DNA of 64,000 nucleotides from Phoronis australis (Eukaryota > Animalia > Phoronida): NCBI GenBank assembly GCA_002633005.1, contig NMRA01000759.1, forward strand, positions 99,195 to 163,194, in the 5' to 3' direction. Both the position numbers and the translations under genes were made by a program. Below are positions 1-13,037 of the stretch, piece by piece (position 1 is the stretch's first letter; each line of letters begins with the position of its first letter). Under the pieces are notes generated by a model. That model had not been told where the DNA came from. It made no database searches and worked only from the letters and a program-made list of their open reading frames with translations.

Positions 1-730
1 ATCGTGCCAAAGCAATAATTAGCTTACTATTAGAGAGTCTGTGATTTGTAGCCTAACGAGTGCGGGCAGACTTGGAGACTTGTTGACTCGGCACTGACTA
101 TGCGTCCTTGTATAGGCACATATAGGCAACTGTCTAACACTCACCGTGACTAACAAACTTGATGCGCGTCGGTGTTGCCCGCCCTTGTTGCACTCGACAG
201 TCCTTGTGCTGTTGGGGGGGGGGGGGGGGGGGNCTGTTCACATCTAGTCTGACTTTTTGACAAATGCTGCCCAGTGTGACTAGAATTTTACCAGCTACTG
301 CCTATACAAACCATTCGATTGCTTATTTTGACAATGTCTTGTGTTGCACTTGCAACCTTTAACGCAGGGTATGATTATGATCCTTACAAATAGTTAAGTT
401 CAGTTGAGAAAACTGGTTCTCAAAGTGGGTGCAGGGTATAGTGTAAATTTTGGATGGTGTTTTCGAAAACTCTACAACAGGGTGACTTTTCAAGGCAGAT
501 CGATTCCTACAAATGGGTTCATTTTTGATTCCCTCTCTAAGTGGGTATGCATCCTTGGCTTTATTTTTCATCTACATTCACTGGCTGTCAAAACATACCA
601 CGGTAGTATGTCTTTAATGAGTACAGCCGACTACTGAAAATGACCGAGGATGACTGCTGAGGCCCAAGTTTTTTAGTCTCTGTCTCAATGATTGATTAAC
701 ATTTTTTTGTTTAATTGATGATAATTTCAG

Positions 731-815
731 GTTACAGGTAGCAACAAAGGTATTGGATATGCCATTGTCAAGGCCCTTTGTCATCAGATGCCAGAATGGA
801 CGGTATACCTGACAG
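731..815 (+). CDS. CBR-like exon, cofactor-binding motif
   Basis: tttcag acceptor; VTGSNKGIGYAIVKALCHQMPEWTVYLT; GT donor at 816; phase 1. Confidence 0.93.
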
Positions 816-3800
816 GTATTTAACCTCATACTGGATGGGCCCCCAATGATATAAATCAGCAAGTATTGCCTATGTACGATCCCGAGTATAACACCTAGGC
901 TTAGTGAATGTCTGATACTTGCACTTATACACAAAGACATGATTTCACTCTACAGTTTTGAAGTGGCTATAAACCCTGGGCCTTACTTTGCAAACCCTGG
1001 GCCTTACCGTATGCAAACCCTGGGCTTTACTTTGCAAACCTGTGGGTTTTACTTTGCAAACCATGGGCCTTACATTGCAAACCTTGGGTCTTATGTTGCA
1101 AATCCTGGGCCTTACGCTGCAAACCCTGAGTCTTACGTTGCAAACCCTAGGCTTTCTGTTACAAAAACCAAATTTGATTTAGACCACTTTACCATTTTTG
1201 TAATTTCTCTCAAATTCAGTTCCTCAGTTAATATTGATATGATGAGTGAGTGTCTATTTTACTCTTACAGTGTTCTACAAACTAATGTCTTGGTTCTGCA
1301 GTTTAACTGTCACTTGGGTTTAACAAAACTAGGATGTTTATTTCAAGTTGAAAGTTCATTATCATGCAGCATTCATGTTTATTTCATTATTTTCTGAGCC
1401 GTTATTGGTTTCTTATTGATGTTATATACCCTGCAGCAGGAAGCAGTTAATAACCAACGTGTATACTTTTTGCACAGCAGCATGTACGATGTCTTACTTC
1501 TCATGCCAGTCTCCCATTACGCTGCATTAACTCCCCTGCTGGTTTTGTAATGGAAGGGGCATGGTTTATACCCACTTTAAAGTTAGTGGGAAAAATAAGG
1601 AGAGTTCCGACGAAGTTGTGACTGTAGACTGAAGTTTCGCTGATGTGAATGCAACATAGCATGCTTTGTTTTATTAGGTTGATTGTTTTTAGGCGATAGA
1701 GCCCTCTGTTTGTTGGATTTAAGCACCAATATATTGTGCTGCCACTTGTTGTTGGTGACCCTTAGTATCACAAGTTAAATACGGCTAAAATGTGACTATC
1801 ATCGAAGCTCACATCTTGAAGATTTGAGAAAATTTGATTCTGAATTAAAAAATTACTGCATTTCTTTTCAGCACGTGATGAGGGTCGAGGAAATACAGCA
1901 GTTGAGGAGCTGAAATCTCTAGGTTACTCACCTCGTTTCTGCCAGCTTGATATCAGCTCGCAAGAAAGCATTGAAAAGGCGAAGACATATTTCATAGAAA
2001 CACATGGCGGCATCGATGTTTTAATAAACAATGCTGGTATAGCATTCAAGGCAAGACATTTTGCTTCCTAAAAATTGTATTGTACATGCACATGTTTGGT
2101 CCTATGTTCCTGTTTATCATTATGATGTTAAGTCAATAATTGGATCAAGTTGCATGTCTCTTAGACAGTTGAGTAAAACCAAAGAACAAACAAGCTTTCA
2201 ATGTTGTGTATGACCTTGTTGACAAGCTTGCACATTTAGCCACATATTTTCAAAACTAGATTTTGTCTCGGTGAGGTTATATATTTTTGAAAGTAGAAAA
2301 TCTGAAGAGTTTGATTTTTTACTTTTTACCAATCTATGGTTAATTGGGTCACGCGACCATGCCTTTTTAAAAAACTTAAGGAATGGTGTCAATGACATGT
2401 CAAATTTTAGTTGATGTAGTTGTTAAACATGATATTTCAGTTACAGTTTCTATAATACCATTTTGTTATCCGTTTACACAATTTCAGATCTTTTCATGAA
2501 ATCACATAAGTTCTTTGTTGATAGCCATGATGCAAAAGTGGATCATTTTGTAAAAAATTCCTAACATTGTTTTGGAGAACAATGCATAAACCATGTAGTA
2601 TCTTGTGAATTCGATAAGCTATTTCTGAGATGTGATGTTCCGAAGTTTGCCAGTTTTGGACGTTTTTTTAATTTCGATAAAATAAAGCATTTGAAAATTT
2701 TCCTGGGGTCCATCATAACCTTTAAAACTTCATAACTGAATCTGGAGTTATTCATTACAAAACAGTAGATGCTGGCATGTTGACAAAAAATAAATCTATT
2801 ACCCATTTTAAGAAATGTTCTCAGCAATGAATTCCTGCACATGCATGGTCCTATTGTTTTAAAAAAAAGTATAGGCACAGGGTCCTAGATGTGCTCAAAT
2901 AGGGAATGTTGTACATGGTACTCAGTACTTGAGCAAATTTGCCATCATGCTTAAAAACGAGGTGTCGTGTTCAAACTACAATGGTTTTGCATGTTTGGAA
3001 CACGCGTTGCTAAAACTGATTTTAAAACGAGGCATTGTTTCCTAAACAACAATGTACAACAATCACTTTTTACAACGCCACCAACGTGTGCAAGTAGTGA
3101 ATTGGCTGCAATGCTGGATGCAGTCCTAGGAATGTAGTGCTCCCAGATGCGATCCAACTGTCAACTAGAGACTTTGTGGTATAACTTTACCAGAATATCT
3201 GAGACTGCTCTCTTTTTATTAGTGCAGTTTTCTTGTAAGTGACCTAGTTGTGATGGCACTTGTTATGCTATCTAAAGGTTTTGAGCTGGCTCTTGCTCCT
3301 TGTTAACCTATTGATTTTTCTCAAACTCCCCACCAAGTTTCTTCTCTTCATGAAAACACCTCTTCCGACTGAGTAATACTTGATTGGAAATCGCCCAGGT
3401 TGTATTTAAAAGGATACTAAACCCTGTTTTGAGGATTTCAACTATTTCTGGTCCTGTCACCTACCAATGCATCATTGACGTCAATCTTGAAAGATAAATG
3501 CAGGAATCTACTCATGCTCCCTATGTCACAAATTGGACATTATGGTCCTTGGTGAGTGGTCTTTTTCTACAGTTGCCGTGTAATTCACTTAAAGCGTAGC
3601 TTGCGCTTGCCCGTGTAGCAGACTTCAAAAGGTTTTTTTATATTTTTTTACTTTTCAGGATTGCTGAGGGTTACAGAGCATTATTTTGTTTCAGAGAACT
3701 GGACGGGAAAGTCGCTTTTAGTATCTATATATAATAGGCCAAAACCGAGTTATCTTTTTAAGGGCCAGCGCTGACGGATAACTATGACCTGAGTAAGCTG

Positions 3801-6800
3801 AGTGCTAAGCTCCTGTTAAGGTGTGAAAAATTGAATGAACATGTGGCTAGTTCGTTCAGTTGCATTTTCACCCTTTGTTCAAAGACTGAATGAACTTTCA
3901 CTTTGTCGTGAGATGCGACTTAAGTTAACTTTCATTTGAGGCTGCCACCAGGGAGCAGTTTATTAAAGAGACTATTGGGCCTTGTCTTACTGACTCTAGT
4001 GAAAAGTCAGACATCTGATTACGATAAGCCAAAAGTTAATTTTTTGTCTTTTGTGTTTCGCAAAACATTTGTCTTCTGAGTAGTTGAGCACAGATGTTGA
4101 CTTCGAGTCGTAGACAGATTTTTTGACTTTCAGCGAAAACAGGCTAAGCCATTAGTAGACTGATTTTTAACCAAAAGTCAAAAACCTATAGAGTGGCCGA
4201 GATGCAGGATCCTAAGCTCTTAGGTATCTGCCTGCACTGGCCCTGACATGACTGAGCTTTGGCAAATGAGTTGGTTATTTTAGAAGTTTTGTACTTATGA
4301 CTCTTGCTTTTTGGGTAACAAGTGTATTTTGCTCCTATTTATTTTTTCCATTGTGTGCGAAAATACTAAATCATTATTTTGTCACTTATGAAAATTGTAT
4401 GCAGGTTTCTGGATGAGCTTTGTACATTGTTTATTCTTCACTTTCAGGTAAATTCAACTGTCCCATTTCCAGAACAGGCTGAGGCTACAATTAGAAACAA
4501 CTTTTTTGGCACAGTCAATGTTTCAAACAGCTTTTATCCCATTTTTCGACCACATGGAAGGTATGTAGCACCACTTACCTGCAGCAGAGATGCTCAAGTC
4601 CAGTACATAATATGCTGCCAGTGGAAATTTTTCTTGTTTCAAAGTTTGCTGAACAATTTCATAAAGAGTTGGAATTAAGGTCATGAGACCTTCGTTGCCT
4701 TGCTATTTAGTACTTTGACCACTTAAGGCACCCTCTCATGCTATCAGAACGCCTTGTCTTTATCAATTTCCTAATCGTACGAACCTTCAAGGACTACTGT
4801 AAGATATTTTGACAATTGGATTGATGCACATTTGATCTGTGTGACAAATACACTGTAATAGATTTGAAGATGTATGATGGTATTTGTGCAAAATCCAACA
4901 TTTCAAGCTCCTACCGATGCTGCAGTCTGTAATCACAAAGTTTTCCACCAGATGGCAGCTGTGAGAGATGTCAAGGATATACGGGCTTCTCAAATTATAC
5001 ATGGGAAGTAACAGTCAATTGCGCTTCAAGTAGATTAATGCGAGTTTGCTTTTTGTCACTGATTACAGGTTTTTACTTCATTCTTGTAAACTGTGTACGG
5101 CTTTTGATGAGAAATTCAGTGAAATTTTGGCTATTAGTGTTATTTAAATTGCTTTCTCTCTTGATTTTAGATTAGTTTTTGTGGCTGCAAAGAATGCCTT
5201 GTCTGCTCTGGAAAAGTGCAGCGATGACCTGAAGTCAAAGTTCAAAAATCCTGACCTGACCTTAACAGAGTTATCATCCTTAATGAACAAGTTTGTTAGG
5301 TTTGTGAAAATGGTTCATGAAGTTCTGTGGCATGTACTAATGATTGTGCACTAAACATATGACATGTAGGCAAATGTGCGTTGTTTTGTCATCATGTTTT
5401 TTGTATGCAATCTTCAATTTGCAATTTTTCGTTTAATTTACACAAAATTCATACACAACATGTACTTCGTTAAGAGCCCAAGATTTTAGTGTTTTTGGAC
5501 GTAATCTGACAAAAGGTGAGGCTGTGACGAAATTTTCAGATTCATCTGAAATTTGGGTTATCTGAAGAACTTCTGTCAACTGTTTCCTGATCTTCTGTTA
5601 TTGAGTTATTCAAAATTTTCTGGTGACCTTTGTTGTCTTGTGTTTTGTTATAATTGTTTGTCTTCCCCTTTACGAAATACCATTCGTAATTTCATTCAAA
5701 CTCTTCTGCTAACTGTAAAATAAGCATTTCTCCAGAAAGATAAATGTATAATTCAGCTGAAGTAAACCGTCACTGGGTCACAAAGCTAATTACAAATAAA
5801 TCTCATATGAGATATATTAATTACCAGTTAATTAGTGATTTATTTGAATGATTGCTTAACAGGGACACATGCTAACTGTTATATGGCAATAGTTTTATTC
5901 ATAAACAGAGTTTGAGTGAAAGTCAAAATTAGTATGTCCTGAAACTTTATTAGAGTTTGTAGCCCAAATTCGTCAACAGTTTTGTCTCTCTTGATATCAA
6001 CAACTGTAAGTGTAGAGACAGGTTAATCACTTAAATAAATATTTTTACCAGATTTTAAAGTGTTTTACCTGTTTCTACATTGTCAAATTTTATGCAGGTT
6101 TGGCACATGCCATTTTCAACAACGGTCAGATATTTTTCTTTTCAAACCAGTGCATGGTGTTCCAGATACAATGCTTGGCAGCCCAAAACCCAAATACAAG
6201 ACAGATCTGTTTATTTGACATCTGAGAAAATTTAATTGAAATTTTCCTGTTTTTCTCTAAGGTATTCTGATCTCCCTTTATTTTCACCTGTTTAAAACAA
6301 TTCTTATTGTGTGTAAGATATCTCTAAATAGAAACTTGTCATCAATTCCTTATAGTTACATATTTGTGTTTTTTATTATGAGATTTTCTTAGTTTCAGTT
6401 CAAATGTCATAACTTGACTTTGAATGTGGTGAAACTTTCACATCATGTAAAGGTTGGTCATCCACTGTCTATGGAGTCTTGTCAGTTCAAAGTTCACAAA
6501 TTACAACTTGATTATGACTCTGAGTTAAGTCAAATGTCATGACCTTGCTTTTCAGTGACACTACATAATACTGGTATCGTATAAAGAAAGTTGGTCACCC
6601 ACCGCCAAATTCCCATAGATTCGGGTCAGTTCAAAGGTCAAAGGTCATGACTAGGTTATAACAAATTTCAAAGGTCATGACCTCCCCTTAAATACACTAC
6701 CATAATTCTCCACTGATTTTGCTCAAAAGTAATTGCCAAAATTGTCATATTTCCATTTTCCAAGGCGGATTACTTTACTACAAATAATGGAAAATTCACC

Positions 6801-9800
6801 AAAAGTCGTTTTTTTGTTGACACCTAGACAGTAGAAACCTTGCTAATGATAAACTAAACTTTTCTTATTCTTTATTTTTGTGGAGAAATTTGACAAATAC
6901 AATTTCACTTGTCAGTCATATTGTGTGCTAAACAAGTGAAGACTTGTTGTGCTGTTTTTCAGTGACACAAAGAGTGGCCTTCATAAGGAAGAAGGTTGGC
7001 CAGCTACTGCTTATGGAGTTGCCAAGATTGGGGAAACAGCTCTGTCAAGGATCTTCCAGCAAAATTTTGACAACGACGAACGACACGACTTGGTGGCCAA
7101 TGCTGTGAGAAATGTTTTGTGATGTCATTGCTCTGTGTGTTCACTGGCTGTACAGTTTAAATACCCATTGCACAGTGGTGTTAAAATGAGAAATTAATTC
7201 CAGAGTTAGAGGTGGTTTTCATGAGAGATTGATATGAAAGAGTGACCTTTGGTTATTCAAATTATGTACCGCAACTGTTAAAACACATGGGGTACATAGA
7301 TTCAACATGGTACTGGGGCTTAGCAGGAATTGTCTTTTGCCTAATAACTATGCTCAGACAGATTGTTGCAAAAATACTTCAATTAAATTTTAATTCCAGA
7401 TGACAGCAGTTTCTAAATCGAGTCTAGTCCAAATATCAATCTAGTCCATTGTAAAGCGTTCCCGTTCCCATGCACTTTTGTCTAGCATCGTGATTTGCAG
7501 GCCAATTATCTACAACAGTTCAAAGATTTACTGACCACTCATCAATGGCTACCAGAGTACAGAGAACTAATGCATCGATTTTGGCCATTTTTTTCGCACA
7601 TATTCGGGTAAAACTGACCTTAGCTTAAGTTTGTATAAGGAATTCAATTTCAGAAGCCAATGAAACCTTTCGAAAAATCACCAGTTTTAGTCCAAAATCT
7701 ATCAATTTATTCTACAAGGCTTGGAATTTTCCTCTTGTAAGAGGATTTCCTCTTCTTTGATTTCCAGTTTCCTCTTTTTGACTTTATTCTTGCAAAGATG
7801 TCTATTTCATTTAAATTTTACAACACAAAAATGTTTCTATCACACAAGCCTATCTATTTATGGAACCATTCATTTTCCTCTTTACGTCATTGGTCATTCC
7901 AAAGCCTGATTCAAGCCGGTGTAGTACTGCGGTGATTAACTGCACTCCACATAATAGGATCATAGACCAGCTTCTCTGACATGCAGGCCTCTTGACTACA
8001 ATGAGAATTTTTTACAAATCTATTGATGAAATAAACAGTGCTGTGAATGGCCCCGGGAGGGTCAAGTAATTAATGTCAGAGTTGGTTTGCTGAGATGTGA
8101 TATTGTTTCTTCAAAGCAGTATAATGTTGTTATGTTAGTAATAACAGACTGTTTTAAAACCCTGGCATTACTTGTATTCACCTCGGTACATGGGATTATG
8201 TTGGTTGTCAGAATTCACCTTTTTCCAAATAACCAAATTATCAAGTATACTAGGAATGACACACATTCTTCTATAGCTCAGTTATTAACGTTACATTCTC
8301 TTGATGGTGAAGGGATTAACGTTTCTTGGCAAAAATTTTATGTGCGTAATAAATGTACACATTTAATGTCTCTAGCAGCACAGCACTGTCCAAAAGCTTT
8401 TTAGTTTAGATATTATCATGAATACCTCATTTAGTTTTCCTTGGCAATGGTTTTTGACTGTTCACAGAGACATCTATTGCGATTAATGTTGATTGTGTTA
8501 TTTATTTATCTCAGTGCTGTCCGGGTTTTGTCCAGACTGACATGTCTTCCCATAAAGGACCTCTGACGCCTGAGCAAGGTTTGTAAATATGTTATAGTGA
8601 TTTTCTAAAATTTTTTAATTAGTGAACTAAAAAAGCAGATCATTTTTGATGAAAGGGAAATAGCTCTGTAGGAGTATCCCTTTTCGTGGAAATGAAAATT
8701 AAAATTGATTTGCCGTGTTTTATTTCGTGTTTCCTATTTTTGCTCATCCCTTACTCGGATGAGAAGTGCCTCCTGTGATTGCAAAGAACTGACAGTTCGT
8801 TTTTTTTTCTTGAGACCATGTGCAAGTGCTCTTGTAGAACCTGGTCTCGAGAACTAAATGAACTGTCTGTTCTTTGGAAGCTCTGAAATCACTTCAAATT
8901 TGGAACCAATCATATCATGCCTTGTGCCATTTTAACATATTAAAACCTTTAATTTTCTATTCCAAGTAAGGTATAAATTTAGGCATATGTGTATTTTATA
9001 TCACTGCAAACTGGTCTAATTTAATAGTTAATGTTTTTGTGTGAGCAAAAATTACCCACATGACTGTGCATTGTGATTTGTGCTAAACATCAAATTGAGC
9101 ACACCGTCACACTGCACAGTTTAAATGCCCTTTTAATGTAATACTATTCAACAAGAGGTGGCACTGTTCTTCTGGCTGGTCTGCATTATTGTCACCAATG
9201 TTCTGTCATCATACAATCTGATTTTCTATGAATTATCTCCACCAAATTATCATCACAAAGCTACGTTAATTGCACATGATGGGTGCTGATTTAAAAAAAA
9301 TCTTTAAAGCAACAGTAAACCTGTGTTCTGTTGAAAAAGCTTATGGATTAAATCACTTACTGCTTTAACGTTGGTCTCAAGTTGTTCTTTACTTAGATAA
9401 GTAGTTTTTGGGTTTTGCAAAGAACTGACAGAACATGCTCCACACAGCAAGTTTTGTTATTTTTGAGATGAGGTTCTACCACTTGTGGACCTCATTTCAG
9501 AAATAAACTATTCTTTCCATGTAAAGAATTGTAGGACGACACTTGGCTTACCTCAAAATCCAACTAATGCCTGGTGGTTTGGTAATTGGCCGAATTATAT
9601 GTGGGACACCCAACACAATTAATGAGGACATATTATTGCAAGGGGAAACAAACATTTTAGGTTGTAAAAGTCACATTTTGTCATTGTCCATTTTCAAAGT
9701 TCAAAAACCTGGTTTTCATGAACTATTCAAATAGTATGCTATTTTCAAACTTTCAAAACAAACATTTAAAATACTATTGTTGCCCGTAATGTGTTTGTTT

Positions 9801-10762
9801 ATCTAGAGAAAGATAACATCAGCAGCTCTAGGCAATTTAACTTACCACAACAGCATGGTGTCTTTGATCTAATCAGGCAGATTCTGTGGTGCACAATCTC
9901 AACCAGTTGAGGTGTCAACATAGGATTCTTTTCTTGCAAACCCAGACATTAACTCAAGCAATTTGAGACCATAACCAGTAAGTGGTCTTAACCAAATATA
10001 GGTTGATAGGATGGAAGCCAGGTTTGTTGCTACTTTGTTCAAGCAAATTAGTTATAACCTCTCACTGGTTTCCAAGAATTGTTCAAAACTAGGACAAAAA
10101 CAAAGACCTATGTTGCATGTCCCTGTGACATGCCCATTGCACGCCGCTTTTACAAATCTGTGTAGATGGATGGCTGGTGCTCAAAGTCAATCAGTTTTCA
10201 ACAGTGAAATGTATATTCTGGTGTGTGAGAGCAAATATCTGAATAATGTCATGTAATTTTGGAACGCTAAAATCAGCATTCTGAGCACGCAATCACTTCT
10301 CTCTGCCATCCAACTGCTTGAGGAGACAGTGTGGCTCGGTGGTTAGAGCTCTGGACTCCTTCTTGGGAGACTTGAGTTCAAATCTGGGATTCATTGGCTG
10401 ACATTCCAGCATTGCACAAAGGTGTCTCCTACTCCTCTGACCTCGGTCTTACTTGTGAATGGGAGTTAATGAGAACCTGGATGTAATGTGAAAGCGATTT
10501 CTGGGGATGTGCTCATATTATTATTATATCTGATTGCTTTGTTTTTTTCGCTCTTAAAGCTGATTTTATCTTTTGGAAAGTAAATTCAGCCGTTTGAACA
10601 GAGATTTATTGGAAAGTTTTGAAAGCTGATGTGACTAGATTACCCACCCCGTGTTTGTTTCTCACTTCAGGTGCAGAGAATCCAATTTACCTAGCACTAC
10701 TACCCAATGACACTGATATAAGGGGACGTTTTGTTGTTGACAAGAAAGTAGTGCCATGGTAA
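731..10762 (+). CDS. CBR1: Carbonyl reductase [NADPH] CBR1/CBR3-like SDR, spliced, 5'-incomplete: join(731..815,1872..2050,4448..4560,5171..5299,6963..7104,8515..8578,10671..10762)
   Basis: Manual splicing gives one open frame with compatible phases. Motifs in order: VTGSNKGIG (TGxxxGxG), LTARDEGRG, GGIDVLINNAGIAFK, NNFFG, EGWPATAYGVAKIG (YxxxK), CCPGFVQTDMSSHKG, GAENPIYLALLP, ending VVPW*. Colinear with vertebrate CBR1. CBR1 versus CBR3 orthology cannot be resolved by eye. Confidence 0.95.
971..1155. repeat. Intronic minisatellite, ~21 bp unit, ~9 copies
   Basis: Repeated TGCAAACCCTGGGCCTTACNT; accounts for the periodic ORFs 939..1397 and 988..1182. Confidence 0.92.
1872..2050 (+). CDS. CBR-like exon ending at a GC donor
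   Basis: ttttcag acceptor; ARDEGRGNTAVEELKSLG...INNAGIAFK; donor AAG|GCAAGA; phase 0. Confidence 0.92.
4448..4560 (+). CDS. CBR-like exon
   Basis: ctttcag acceptor; VNSTVPFPEQAEATIRNNFFGTVNVSNSFYPIFRPHG; gtatgt donor; phase 2. Confidence 0.93.
5171..5299 (+). CDS. CBR-like exon
   Basis: ttttag acceptor; RLVFVAAKNALSALEKCSDDLKSKF...LMNKFV; gtttgt donor; phase 2. Confidence 0.92.
6395..6685. repeat. Degenerate repeat rich in AGTTCAAAGGTCA motifs
   Basis: Several diverged cagttcaaa(t/g)gtcat(g/a)ac units with recurring aaaggttggtca spacers. Confidence 0.5.
6963..7104 (+). CDS. CBR-like exon with catalytic YxxxK
   Basis: tttttcag acceptor; DTKSGLHKEEGWPATAYGVAKIGETALSRI...LVANA; gtgaga donor; phase 0. 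Confidence 0.94.
8515..8578 (+). CDS. CBR-like exon
   Basis: tctcag acceptor; CCPGFVQTDMSSHKGPLTPEQ; gtttgt donor; phase 1. Confidence 0.94.
8783..8876. repeat. Old ~100 bp hairpin repeat (relatives near 9418, 11513, 12765 and a half copy near 14985)
   Basis: AAAGAACTGACAGTTC ... GAACTGTCTGTTCTTT inverted arms with inner gagacca/tggtctc. Confidence 0.6.
10322..10528 (+). mobile_element. tRNA-derived SINE (degenerate), in the last CBR intron
   Basis: A box TGGCTCGGTGG, B box GAGTTCAAATC, ~200 bp long, (TAT)n tail. Confidence 0.7.
10671..10762 (+). CDS. CBR-like last coding exon
   Basis: cttcag acceptor; GAENPIYLALLPNDTDIRGRFVVDKKVVPW; stop TAA at 10760-10762. Confidence 0.94.
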
Positions 10763-11919
10763 CATGATTAATTCATGGTTGTCGAGGAAGTTTTGCCATA
10801 GCAGCAAGTCATATTTGTCGTCAAGGAAGTGATGCTACACTTGCATGAGACATTAATGTCTGGGATGAGTACCGTGTGACGGTAGTAGTAAGAGTTAGAC
10901 AAGTGTGATCACATACTTCTCATGTTGATGTCTTGCAAAGACTTGAAAGGCGCAACCGAACACAGCCCTGACTTGATTCATTATGAGCATATCAGATGGG
11001 TGGGAGGTCAGCTGACTGACGTTGTTGTGACGATAATATAGTTCTTCCCCAGCACGTTGGAAAACGCTTGAAGCCTGATTGAACTTGCTGGAAGAGAAAC
11101 TTGAAAACGTGGTACTGTAACAGTGGGAATTACGGGAAAAGTCTGACCTATTTCGGACAAAAACTGTAAACAAATTAGCCATTGTTTCATTATTGGTAGG
11201 GCTACAACAGTGTTGTTAATGTGAGCAATTTTTTCAAAATGTTGTGGTGATGTCTATGGTACAAACCTTGAATAGTTTTACTCAAAAGCATTTCTTTATT
11301 GGTGCTTACCTTTCTTGGTAAAAATCAAAGAATATAATTTCATTGCCTGTCATGTTGTGTCCAAAATTACTGAGATTTTGCCATAGATTATTTTACATGG
11401 AGATTACGTTTAACTTGTTATTTAAAGCAGTTATCAAACCACTTCCCTTCACAAAAACCAACTTTCAAATTGTTTTGTAGTCAACTGAAATTGGAGGTGA
11501 TTTCAGGTTTCGAAGGAACTGACGGTTCCTCATTCGTGCCACCAGGTTGCACAAACAGACCTGTCATGGCATTTAGTTTTACGCGTGGATTGTCTCTAGG
11601 ATTGACAACTGTCATTTCTTTACAAACCTGGTCATCATTCATCAGCTGAGTGAGGTTCTAGTTGAAACCAATTTTACAGGGTAAGTTGTCAAATTCTAGT
11701 TCGCTTTTTTACTTATCATGGGCTTATAAACAATTAATCAAAGTACCAATGAAATTATTTTGCTAGTGTTAAGTGTTGGGTACAATAATTGAAAGTGGGT
11801 ACACTATCAGCCCTCAATTCCATATCAATACTCTTTCTATACAGATACCGAGTACCAATGAAACTTGAGATATCTTTGGTCATTTAACCCTGAAAGAACT
11901 CAACTACTGAGTCCTCATC

Positions 11920-12008
11920 GCCCCTCGTACGATAATTCCCCCAAAATCCACTCGGGCTCTAGATAACGGGGTATAACGACTTCGCCAGGTAATAATCTAT
12001 ATTTATCC
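11920..12008 (-). mobile_element. Terminal fragment of the Crypton-like hairpin element at 59092
   Basis: Near-identical reverse complement of 59092-59160, ending ...TAATAATCTATATTTATCC. Confidence 0.7.
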
Positions 12009-12161
12009 TTTAAACATCTTGAAGTGTTGCTTTTAAAACTGTTCTCTTCTGTTAACTTGAGAAAAATCCTGCTTCTGTATGTCCTAAACCCCTTGCCTGA
12101 TCTTTGTGAAATTTGCCGAGTTTAGGCCTATGAATTGAACGTGACCAGGGAAGGATAAAAC

Positions 12162-12412
12162 TATTTATACCGCAATATTAGCCTCAGCCAATACAACCGT
12201 GTAATAACTCATTTACATGTAGATCTCTCACTAGTGAGATATCATTTTGGCGGAAACAGAGGCCGGTTTCGAACCCGGTCCGCAAGAGTTTCGAGTCGTC
12301 GACTTTACCATGACTGCACCACTCAGCGGCTGACATCATCGAACGTGAAAATAGAATACTTGAATGAATAAGCACGCGCAACAATAGCATGTTCAGCAAA
12401 GGGCATTATATA
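12162..12412 (-). mobile_element. Interspersed repeat with internal Pol III A/B boxes (second copy at 51299-51497)
   Basis: Minus strand TGGTGCAGTCATGG ... GGTTCGAAACC; palindrome TCTCACTAGTGAGA; colinear with the 51.3 kb copy. Confidence 0.65.
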
Positions 12413-12439
12413 TCTGCAAAATCAGTGTGGTGCTTCATA

Positions 12440-12610
12440 TTGCTTTGTATCAAACTGTAATATATTGCTTTGCGTTGTGCAATACTGTATCGCACCTTAT
12501 TTTATTTTGTCGTATTGTATTGTATTGTATTGTATCGCACCTTTTTGTATTTTATCATATTGAACTGTATTATATTGTATTGTACCTTGGTTTGTATTGT
12601 GTTGAACTGC
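12440..12610. repeat. Degenerate (TTGTA)n microsatellite; another at ~14610-14700
   Basis: Runs of tattgtattgtattg. Confidence 0.85.
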
Positions 12611-13037
12611 ATTTGTCATATTATATTTTTCAACACAGTCCAAGTTGTATAACTAAAGTAACTGTTGGTCGCTATCAAGTTAACTTATGATTTAGACCGC
12701 TTTCCACTGTTAATCTGGTTTCAATTTTAGTTTTGCTCGATTTAGAAATGATGTTGGACTAGGGAAGAACTGACAGTCTCAGCAGTGTTTGAGACCATCT
12801 TCGGTGCATTAAAGGACACGCCATGAAAACATAACTCGACTGAGCCTGATATCAAGTAATAATGAATTGTCAGTTCTTCCCAAACACATGAATTGTCTCC
12901 AATTCGAGTATGGATCGGGTAAAAATCAGATTTATAACGGTAAGTTTCCTAAGTCAAAATTATGGACGCAGGGTTCAGAGCACTTTTAAGTAAATTATCA
13001 AGAATGTGATCCACATGAGCTAATAAGAAATAATGTA

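Noticed and set aside
1-730. Start exon of the CBR gene
   Set aside because: No convincing ATG with short N-terminus and phase-0 donor found; probably upstream of the window.
939-1397. 152 aa ORF with ANPGPY repeats
   Set aside because: A 21 bp intronic minisatellite that is open in more than one frame.
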